A stretch of 32,000 bases of DNA, taken from contig CP149973.1 in NCBI GenBank assembly GCA_029269845.2, forward strand, positions 1,110,001 to 1,142,000. The letters are read 5' to 3'. The notes below the pieces were generated by a model that saw only the letters and a program-made list of their open reading frames with translations, ran no database searches and had not been told where the DNA came from. Positions 1 through 6,403 of the stretch are shown piece by piece (the stretch's first letter is position 1; every line of letters starts with the position of its first letter). Source of the stretch: Opitutia bacterium KCR 482. GTDB taxonomy: Bacteria; Verrucomicrobiota; Verrucomicrobiia; Opitutales; Intestinicryptomonadaceae. The position numbers and the translations under genes were made by a program.

Positions 1-720
1 CTTAGTGGAGCTGTCGTCCTTGCTGAAACGCTTGGCAAGCTCGGCGAAGTCCTCGCCCTTTTTGAGTCGTTCGACGATTTCGGCGGCGAGCTTGCGGTTT
101 TCGTCGATGCTTGCATACATGCCCGTTTTGAGGGTAATAAGCCTGATTTTCACGCTCGCGGGAGAGTACCATTTGGACTTGTTGGCGTCGTAGTACTCCT
201 TGATTTTCGCGGGGCTGATTTCCGACACCGTCTGGCGTTTCTGCCCCTGCATGTAGCCCACGATGATGTCCTTTTCCTGCTCGGCGCGGAACTGCTTTAT
301 TGTCTTGCCCTGCGCCTGCACGAACTTGACGAACTCGGCGCGGTCGCCGTTGAACTCGCGGTTGAGGTAGTCGTCGAAATGCGTGTCGAGGTAGGACTGC
401 GGAATGGTCATGCCCTTCGACTTGAACTCCTTTACGATAAGCTCGCGGTCAACCATGTTCTGGACGATTTCGCGCACGTAGGCGTTTACGCGGCTGGTGA
501 ACTCGAACTCGGAACGCGCCGCCGCGCGGATTTGCGGAATGAACGGCTCGACCTCCTTCATGACCTCCGCGCGCGTGATGACCCTGTCTTCGACGACCGC
601 GATGATGTTGTTTGTGCCGAGCACGCGTTTGTTGTCGGGGCGCAGAAGCCCCTGCGCAAAAGTCTGGCTGGCGGCGAGCGCTAGCATTGCAAAGGCTGCG
701 GTAAAAAATCCTGTCTTCAT
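1..720 (-). CDS. SurA/PpiD-like periplasmic chaperone with parvulin-type peptidyl-prolyl isomerase; 3' end cut by the window edge
   Basis: The frame is open to position 1 and is absent from the ORF track because it has no stop in the window. The start is ATG at 720-718, overlapping the mfd stop by 4 nt (ATGA). My translation begins MKTGFFTAAFAMLALAASQTFAQG (signal peptide). It continues with SurA_N-like text (IIAVVEDRVITRAEVMKEV...VDRELIVKEF) and the start of a rotamase domain (VKIRLITLKTG...GEDFAELAKRFSKD). Confidence 0.7.
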   Translation of the reverse strand, partial: MKTGFFTAAFAMLALAASQTFAQGLLRPDNKRVLGTNNIIAVVEDRVITRAEVMKEVEPFIPQIRAAARSEFEFTSRVNAYVREIVQNMVDRELIVKEFKSKGMTIPQSYLDTHFDDYLNREFNGDRAEFVKFVQAQGKTIKQFRAEQEKDIIVGYMQGQKRQTVSEISPAKIKEYYDANKSKWYSPASVKIRLITLKTGMYASIDENRKLAAEIVERLKKGEDFAELAKRFSKDDSSTK

Positions 721-3700
721 ATTTTCCTAAGCGATGGAACGACGTTTGTTAAAAATTTTTCAATCTCCGCGAGTTTGGCATTCGCGCCGCGTTTCGTCAA
801 GCGGGGAAAACGGTCATTGAGTCTGAAATATTCGGGGTTGCTTCCGCCGCGCCTGCGCAGTTTGAGGGCGTCGCCCTGCGTCTCCACGCCGACGAAGCCG
901 CAAGACTCGGCGCAGACGCGCACGCGCCCGACTTTCAAAAGGTATTCGGCGGGCTCCGGAATTTTCCCGAACCTGTCCGCCATTTCGAAGCGTATTGCCT
1001 CAATCTCGTCGAGAGAGGCCGCCATCGAGATTTTGCGGTAGAAGTCTACGCGCAGCTGGGTTTGCGGAATGTAGGCGGGCGGAATGTACGCCTTGACGTT
1101 TTCGCCGCCGCCGCGCTCCATTTCGCGGATTCTGATTTCCTGAAAGTAGTTTTCGGTGTTCGAGACGTCTGCCTCGTTCCTGTCGGCCTCGCCCATTTTC
1201 ACGAAGTCCAAATCGACCGCCGCCCGCTCTATTCCGCAAGCCTTCTCGCCTTTCAAAAGGGCGACGCTGCGCTTCAAGAGGGCGCAGTAGAGGTCGAAGC
1301 CCACGCCCGCGATGTGCCCGCTCTGCTTTGCGCCGAGCAGGTTGCCGCAGCCGCGCAGCTGCAAGTCGCGCGTGGCGATTCTGAAACCCGCGCCGGGCTT
1401 GTTGTACTGGCGGATTGCCCCGAGGCGTTTGCGCGCGCTTTCCACAAGCCCGGCGTAGCGGTGGAGCAAGAGCCACGCGTACGCGCGGCGGGTGAACCTG
1501 CCTACGCGCCCGCGCAACTGGTAGAGCTGCGCAAGCCCGAACTTGTCCGCGCCCTCTATGATTATCGTGTTGCAGTTGGGAATGTCCAAGCCCGATTCGA
1601 TGATTGTAGTGCACACAAGAATGTCGTACTTTCCGTCAACGAACTGCGACATCAGGCGTTCGAGCCTGTTTTCGCCCATTTGCCCGTGGCCTACGGCAAT
1701 CCGCGCGTCGGGGAACATTTTGCGGAGGTTTTCGGCGGTCGCCTCTATCGTCGAAACGCGGTTGTGGAGATAGAAGACCTGCCCGTTGCGGGCAAGCTCG
1801 CGCCCGACGGCCTCGCGCACGGCGTCGTCGGAATACTCGCGGACGACGGTTTCGACGGGAAAGCGGTTTTTAGGCGGCGTTTCCATGAGGCTTATCGTCC
1901 GCGCGCCCATCATCGCAAAATAGAGGGTTCGGGGAATCGGGGTCGCGCTCATCGAAAGAACGTCGACGCCCTCGCGCATTTTCTTTATGCGCTCCTTGTG
2001 CTTTACCCCGAAGCGGTGCTCTTCGTCCACGACAAGCAGCCCCAAGTCCCTGAAATCGACGTCCGCCGAAAGCAGGGCGTGCGTGCCTATTATCACGTCG
2101 ATTTGCCCCGCCGCGAGCTGCGCCTTGATTTTTTCGGACTCTCCGCGCGTCCTGAAACGCGAGAGCATTTCCACGACAATCGGATAGCCCGCAAAGCGTT
2201 CGCGGAAATTCCTGAAATGCTGTTGGCACAAAATGGTTGTGGGGCACAGAACCGCAACCTGCCTGCCCGCCATCGCGCACTTGAACGCCGCCCGCATTGC
2301 GACCTCGGTCTTGCCGAAGCCGACGTCGGCGCAAAGCAGCCTGTCCATGGGCTTGGAGCTTTCCATGTCCGCCTTGACGTCGGCGATTGCCCGCAGTTGG
2401 TCGGGCGTTTCGGTGTAGGGAAAGGCGTCGTCGAACTCGCGCTGCCACTGGTCGTCGGGCGGGAAGGCGTAGCCCTTGGCAAGCTCTCGGCGCGACTGCA
2501 TTTCGAGAAGCTCCGCGGCGTAGTCGAGCGCGGCAAGCTCCGCCGCCGACTTTACTTTTATCCACGATTTCGAATCGAGCTTGGCAAGCTTGGGGTGCTT
2601 TTTGTCCAAGCCGATGTAGCGGCTCAGCAGATACGACTTGTGAAGCGGCAGGTAGAGAATTGCGCCGTCCTCGAATTCGAGCTTTATTGCCTCCTCCTTT
2701 TTGCCGTCGAAGTCGAGCTTCACGACGCCCAAGTAGCGGCAGACGCCGTGCCCCAAGTGGACTACGTAGTCGCCCTCGCCGAGTTCGGAAAAGTCGAGTA
2801 GCTGGTCCACCTGCGCGCGGTGCGAGAACATTCTGCGGCGCGGTTCAAGCTCGGTCTTTGCGCGGCGTCCGAAGAAATCGCGGACGCCCACGAACGCGGC
2901 CCCCGCCGCGTCTCTCGAAAGTATTTTCCAGTCGGGGCGGATTTTCCCGAATTTGGAAATCAGAAAGCCCTCGCCGAACGACGCGCCCACAAAGCGGCAG
3001 TCGAATTTCACCCGCGCGTCGGCGAACATGCGCTTTGCAAGCTCCCTGTCGCCCTCGCCGTCGGCGGCGAGGAACACGTCGATTTTTTCGGCCCGCCAGC
3101 CGCCTATGCGCTTGACGAATTTTTCGCGCAGTTTTGTTTCCGACTCGAAGCGTTCCGCGCCTATTTCGCCCTCGGCGGAAACCGACTGCAAGAGAGCCTC
3201 GCACGGAAAGTCGGAAATGTCCGCGCCCGCGAACATTTCGCCGCAAATTTCGACTTCGGAGACGCCGACCGACCTCTCGTTTCTGTCGAAGACGCGCTTG
3301 AAACTGCGCGGCGAAAACGACATGTCCTCGGGGTGCGAAAACAGCTCAGAAAATTTGGACTCCAACACCGCAGGCTCTACGAAAATCCATTCCGCCGCGC
3401 CGCGTTTTTTTGGCAGGTAGTCGGCGGCGTTGCAATCCGAAGCCCCGTCGGAAGTCGGCACGGCGTCTATTCGTATCCGCGGTATTTTTTCGTCGGCAAG
3501 CTGGGTGTCGGGGTTGAACGCGCGAATGGAATCTATTTCGTCGCCGAAAAAATCGAGCCTCACGGGGAACGTAGACGCCACGGGGTAGATGTCCACAACG
3601 CCGCCGCGCACCGAAAACTGGCCTGGGGACTCGCACAAAACTTCGTTGTAGTATCCGTATTCGACAAGCCTGCTTCGGAGCGTATCCATTGCGATTTCCG

Positions 3701-4100
3701 CGCCCTTTGCGATTTCGAAACTGCGCGACGCGCTCGGCGGCGGCGCGGCGTCGAAAAACGCCGACGGCGTGGCAAGCACCACCGTCCTGCGGTCGACTTC
3801 CGCCGACTCCGACATGGCGTTGAGCGTGCCGACGCGCTCGCAGGCGGCGTCGAAACTTCCCGCGTCCGACTGCGACGCGTCCGCATTTGCGGGCAGAACT
3901 TTTACCGAAAACGCCTCCCCGCCCAATTCCATGAAATATTTTAGGCGCGAATACGCGTATTCGCACTCAGAAAACGTCTCGAAAAACACGAGGCTAAGCC
4001 CGTTTCCGCGCCCCAAAATAGCCGACAGCGCGGCGGGTCTTGCCGAACGCGCTATATTCGGGAAAAACGTCCTTTCGCCTGTCGGTTTGGAGCGCAGCAT
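717..4100 (-). CDS. mfd: Transcription-repair coupling factor Mfd
   Basis: 1127-aa ORF. It has the superfamily-2 helicase Walker A (DVGFGKTEVAMRAAF), the DEEHRFG box and the SATPIPRTL motif. The overall length and CarD-like and C-terminal regions are typical of Mfd. Confidence 0.95.
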   Translation of the reverse strand: MLRSKPTGERTFFPNIARSARPAALSAILGRGNGLSLVFFETFSECEYAYSRLKYFMELGGEAFSVKVLPANADASQSDAGSFDAACERVGTLNAMSESAEVDRRTVVLATPSAFFDAAPPPSASRSFEIAKGAEIAMDTLRSRLVEYGYYNEVLCESPGQFSVRGGVVDIYPVASTFPVRLDFFGDEIDSIRAFNPDTQLADEKIPRIRIDAVPTSDGASDCNAADYLPKKRGAAEWIFVEPAVLESKFSELFSHPEDMSFSPRSFKRVFDRNERSVGVSEVEICGEMFAGADISDFPCEALLQSVSAEGEIGAERFESETKLREKFVKRIGGWRAEKIDVFLAADGEGDRELAKRMFADARVKFDCRFVGASFGEGFLISKFGKIRPDWKILSRDAAGAAFVGVRDFFGRRAKTELEPRRRMFSHRAQVDQLLDFSELGEGDYVVHLGHGVCRYLGVVKLDFDGKKEEAIKLEFEDGAILYLPLHKSYLLSRYIGLDKKHPKLAKLDSKSWIKVKSAAELAALDYAAELLEMQSRRELAKGYAFPPDDQWQREFDDAFPYTETPDQLRAIADVKADMESSKPMDRLLCADVGFGKTEVAMRAAFKCAMAGRQVAVLCPTTILCQQHFRNFRERFAGYPIVVEMLSRFRTRGESEKIKAQLAAGQIDVIIGTHALLSADVDFRDLGLLVVDEEHRFGVKHKERIKKMREGVDVLSMSATPIPRTLYFAMMGARTISLMETPPKNRFPVETVVREYSDDAVREAVGRELARNGQVFYLHNRVSTIEATAENLRKMFPDARIAVGHGQMGENRLERLMSQFVDGKYDILVCTTIIESGLDIPNCNTIIIEGADKFGLAQLYQLRGRVGRFTRRAYAWLLLHRYAGLVESARKRLGAIRQYNKPGAGFRIATRDLQLRGCGNLLGAKQSGHIAGVGFDLYCALLKRSVALLKGEKACGIERAAVDLDFVKMGEADRNEADVSNTENYFQEIRIREMERGGGENVKAYIPPAYIPQTQLRVDFYRKISMAASLDEIEAIRFEMADRFGKIPEPAEYLLKVGRVRVCAESCGFVGVETQGDALKLRRRGGSNPEYFRLNDRFPRLTKRGANAKLAEIEKFLTNVVPSLRKI

Positions 4101-4112
4101 CGGGCGACGCGC

Positions 4113-4919
4113 CTATTCGGCGGATTCGGATTTTTCCGCCGCGTAGTCTTTCAGCGCGGCGCGGGCGGCCTTTGTCTCCGCCGATTTTTTCGAGCTTGCC
4201 GTAGCCCGCGCAAGCGACTTGCCGTTTACGAGCACTTCGACCTCGAACATTTTTTTGTGGTCGGGGCCGCTCTGAGAAACCAGCGCGTACGAGACGATGT
4301 CGCCGCGCTTTGCGGCAATCTCCTGCAACGCGCCCTTCGGGTTTTGCGACTGCACGAGAGTCGGCAGCTCCTCCAACTTGCGCTTGTACCACGAAAGTAC
4401 CGTGGCGTGCGCCGTGGAAAAATCGGAATCGAGAAATATCGCGCCGACAACCGACTCGAAAGCGTCCTCAGCCGCCGACGCGCTCTCGCGGATATCCTCC
4501 GCGCCTTTCGGCAAAAGCAGGCATTTGGGGATTCCCAGCCCGCGCGAAAGCTCCGTCAAAAACGAGCCTTGCGTGAGCGCGATTCTTATTTTCGTAAGCT
4601 TGCCCTCGTCCTCATCTTCGAACTTTCTGAAAACGGTGTCGGTGATAACCGCCTGCAAAACGGCGTCGCCCAAAAATTCGAGCCTCTGGTTCGACTTTAT
4701 TTTGCGCTCGAAGCCCACCGACCCGGGGTGCGTCAACGCCTCGCGCAAAATGGACTTGTCCCTGAAAACGTAGCCCAGCGACTTCTCCAACGCCGCGATT
4801 TTCGCGCGGCGCGACATCTCCGCCGACATTCCGCGCTCGCGCTTTGCCCTCTTCATCGCCTTTGCGCGCTTTGCGACGGCGGGCTTGAAAATCGTCTTGA
4901 TGTATTTCTTCAATTCCAT
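4113..4919 (-). CDS. rnc: Ribonuclease III with a Lys/Arg-rich N-terminal extension of about 45 aa
   Basis: The RNase III signature NQRLEFLGDAVLQAVITD is present, followed by a C-terminal dsRBD-like region (GPDHKKMFEVEVLVNGK). The start at 4919 lies 3 nt after the parA stop. An internal Met (MSAEMSRR...) is an alternative start. Confidence 0.9.
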   Translation of the reverse strand: MELKKYIKTIFKPAVAKRAKAMKRAKRERGMSAEMSRRAKIAALEKSLGYVFRDKSILREALTHPGSVGFERKIKSNQRLEFLGDAVLQAVITDTVFRKFEDEDEGKLTKIRIALTQGSFLTELSRGLGIPKCLLLPKGAEDIRESASAAEDAFESVVGAIFLDSDFSTAHATVLSWYKRKLEELPTLVQSQNPKGALQEIAAKRGDIVSYALVSQSGPDHKKMFEVEVLVNGKSLARATASSKKSAETKAARAALKDYAAEKSESAE

Positions 4920-4922
4920 CGT

Positions 4923-5705
4923 TTACGGACGGAGGAAAAACCTCTTGTCCACCTCCTTGGCGAGCTTTTCGTATGCAAAAGAGCCCTCATTCCACTTGGC
5001 GTATTCGAAAATCGTCTTGCCGAAGCTCGGAGCTTCCGCAAGCCTTACCGTGCGCGGAATGAGCGTGTTGAACACAAGCCCGTGCAGGTAGTTTTTGACC
5101 TCTCCGAGAACCTGTTTCGAAAGGTTTGTGCGCGAATCGTACATCGTCATCACGACCCCGCCGACTTCGAGAGTGTCGCTGACGCCGGCCTCGCGAAGCT
5201 GCTCCACGACGCCCATTATCTGCCCAAGCCCCTCCATCGCCAAATATTCGCATTGGAGCGCGACAAGCAGGTAGTCCGCCGCGGCGAGAGAGTTCATGGA
5301 AAGAAGGCCGAGCGACGGCGGCGCGTCTATCACGATTGCGTCGAAGTCTCCCGATTCTTTCAGCGGGGCGATGCAGTCGCGAAGCCTTGCGAGGTAGTTT
5401 TCGCTGCCCGAAAGCTCGACTTCAATGGCGGAGATGTCGGTTTCGGAGGGAATAAGCCAGAGGTTTTTGCGGCCTGTCTCGACGATTTTGTCGCGCGCGG
5501 AACCCTCCCCGTGCATGACTTGGTAGAGGCTCGCCCCGCGCGTCTTTTCGAAGCCAAGTGCGCTCGTTGCGCTCGCCTGTTGGTCCATGTCGACAAGAAG
5601 CGTGCGTATCTTCCTGCGAGCAAGCCCCGCCGACAGATTCACGGCGGTCGTGGTCTTCCCCACCCCGCCCTTTTGATTTGCTATTGCGAACACTTTGGCT
5701 GACAT
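4923..5705 (-). CDS. parA: ParA/Soj-family partition ATPase; no parB adjacent
   Basis: The deviant Walker A is [19 protein letters not shown]. The protein is 260 aa and reads as typical Soj-like sequence throughout. Confidence 0.9.
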   Translation of the reverse strand: MSAKVFAIANQKGGVGKTTTAVNLSAGLARRKIRTLLVDMDQQASATSALGFEKTRGASLYQVMHGEGSARDKIVETGRKNLWLIPSETDISAIEVELSGSENYLARLRDCIAPLKESGDFDAIVIDAPPSLGLLSMNSLAAADYLLVALQCEYLAMEGLGQIMGVVEQLREAGVSDTLEVGGVVMTMYDSRTNLSKQVLGEVKNYLHGLVFNTLIPRTVRLAEAPSFGKTIFEYAKWNEGSFAYEKLAKEVDKRFFLRP

Positions 5706-5843
5706 GCAAAGAAGTTTCGCATTTATTTATTTTTTTTAAACAAAAAAATGGCGTCGGACGAATAAAATTTCACCCCGCGCCCCCGAAAACAGGCGAAGCG
5801 AATTTTTCGCGGAATTAAATTCGGCAACCGCAAATTGCAAAAA

Positions 5844-5915
5844 CACTCCCACGGGGAGTCGAACCCCGATTGACGGTACCGGAAACCGTAGTCCTATCCA
5901 TTGAACGATGGGAGC
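5844..5915 (-). tRNA. tRNA-Arg (anticodon CCG)
   Basis: The reverse complement is GCTCCCATCGTTCAATGGATAGGACTACGGTTTCCGGTACCGTCAATCGGGGTTCGACTCCCCGTGGGAGTG and folds as a cloverleaf. The anticodon stem is ACGGT/ACCGT with loop TTCCGGT. The T arm is CGGGG-TTCGACT-CCCCG. Positions 1 and 72 form a G:U pair. CCA is not encoded. Confidence 0.85.
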
Positions 5916-5931
5916 AACAAATGAAAGACTC

Positions 5932-5960
5932 TATAATTACGAAACGGCGGCAAAAAACAA
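5932..5960 (-). promoter_or_regulatory. Candidate sigma70-like promoter for tRNA-Arg
   Basis: On the minus strand, TTGTTT (5960-5955), a 17-nt spacer and ATTATA (5937-5932). This would place the transcription start about 10 nt before the tRNA 5' end. Confidence 0.35.
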
Positions 5961-5976
5961 GGAGATTTTACGATTC

Positions 5977-6004
5977 TTGAAAAAAACGGCAATCGGCATA
6001 CTAA
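5977..6004 (+). promoter_or_regulatory. Candidate sigma70-like promoter firing into the structured spacer upstream of glgP
   Basis: TTGAAA (5977-5982), a 16-nt spacer and TACTAA (5999-6004). It sits back-to-back with the tRNA-Arg candidate promoter. The spacer contains the CGGCAATCGGC motif. Confidence 0.3.
5987..5997 (+). repeat. 11-nt motif CGGCAATCGGC (copy 1 of 3)
   Basis: It matches CGGCAATCCGC, found twice on the minus strand beside element copy B, at 10 of 11 positions. Its orientation relative to the structured element is the same. Confidence 0.5.
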
Positions 6005-6034
6005 TTAAAAAAATTACACGCATAGAGCGTGCAC

Positions 6035-6168
6035 GGGGGGACAGGCGGAAATTTTCGCGGTAGCGAAAACCGCCTTTTGGGGGCGGCAACCCCCTCCGTT
6101 GGCGTCAAGGCTCCAGCCTTGGGGGAGCGGGTGGTGAATTTCGCAACGCGAAATCCACCCCATGGGGG
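6035..6168 (+). repeat. Periodic G-tract and hairpin array
   Basis: G tracts lie at 6035-6040 (G6), 6079-6083, 6121-6125 and 6164-6168 (G5 each). Their starts are spaced 44, 42 and 43 nt apart. The intervals are filled by hairpins: H1 6044-6074, H2 6079-6094, H3 6107-6120 and H4 6130-6159. Confidence 0.6.
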
Positions 6169-6189
6169 ACACCGCATTTTACGCTCAAT

Positions 6190-6330
6190 GCGCGGCAACG
6201 CCGCGCTGCTTAGGCTTGTCAAGTTGCGTATAGAAATGTGGCTTTGCGCAGTGAGGCGTAGGGAGCGTACTTAACGTACGTGACCAAGCCGCAACAAGCG
6301 AAACGCATTTCTATGCCAGCTTCACAAGCC
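6190..6330 (+). ncRNA. Unclassified structured element, copy A (candidate sRNA, leader or REP-like repeat)
   Basis: It folds as a long irregular hairpin with helices P1-P5. It is about 77% identical, by hand alignment, to the reverse complement of 8935-9076, with 9 compensatory pair changes. G.U pairs exist only in the plus-strand reading. Confidence 0.45.
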
Positions 6331-6346
6331 CCCCCCCCGAAAATGC

Positions 6347-6374
6347 TTGTAATGGGAAATGGGCTACTTATAGT
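6347..6374 (+). promoter_or_regulatory. Candidate sigma70-like promoter for glgP
   Basis: TTGTAA (6347-6352), a 16-nt spacer and TATAGT (6369-6374), about 30 nt upstream of the glgP ATG at 6404. Confidence 0.4.
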
Positions 6375-6403
6375 CGGAGCGTTTTTTTAACAAAACATTC
6401 TCT

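Noticed and set aside
1062-2801. Very long ORFs antisense to real genes. They are 1062-2801 opposite mfd, 7310-8953 opposite glgP, 9218-11083, 11336-12631, 15558-17018, 22569-23744, 23772-25340 and 29308-30222.
   Set aside because: They are in the codon-aligned antisense frame of genes with clear homology. For example, 4100-1064 and 8951-6404 are both multiples of 3. In that frame stops arise only from sense TTA, CTA or TCA codons, which these genes rarely use. The translations are Arg/Ala/Gly-rich and low in complexity, with no recognisable motifs. They are shadow ORFs, not overlapping genes.
6001-6274. Two overlapping ORFs in the structured spacer: 6001-6222 on the minus strand (73 aa) and 6029-6274 on the plus strand (81 aa).
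   Set aside because: They have no start context and no homology-like sequence. The region is explained better by dense hairpins. The substitutions between copies A and B preserve base pairs rather than codons.
6030-6400. A CsrB/RsmZ-like CsrA sponge upstream of a glycogen gene, suggested by several GGA motifs, some of them in GGGGGA.
   Set aside because: There are about 7 GGA triplets in about 350 nt, close to the chance expectation at this base composition. Most are inside predicted stems rather than hairpin loops. No CsrA gene is visible here.
5916-6403. Whether the structured spacer is a known housekeeping RNA (RNase P, tmRNA, SRP/4.5S or 6S) or a common riboswitch.
   Set aside because: I found none of the signature strings on either strand. 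Missing are GAGGAAAGTCC/ACAGAA of RNase P, a tRNA-like GGTTCGA...CCA 3' end with a tag ORF for tmRNA, GGAAGCAGCC of SRP, and the B12 box, TPP, glmS, ZTP, guanidine or fluoride cores. This is an inspection by eye, not a covariance-model scan.
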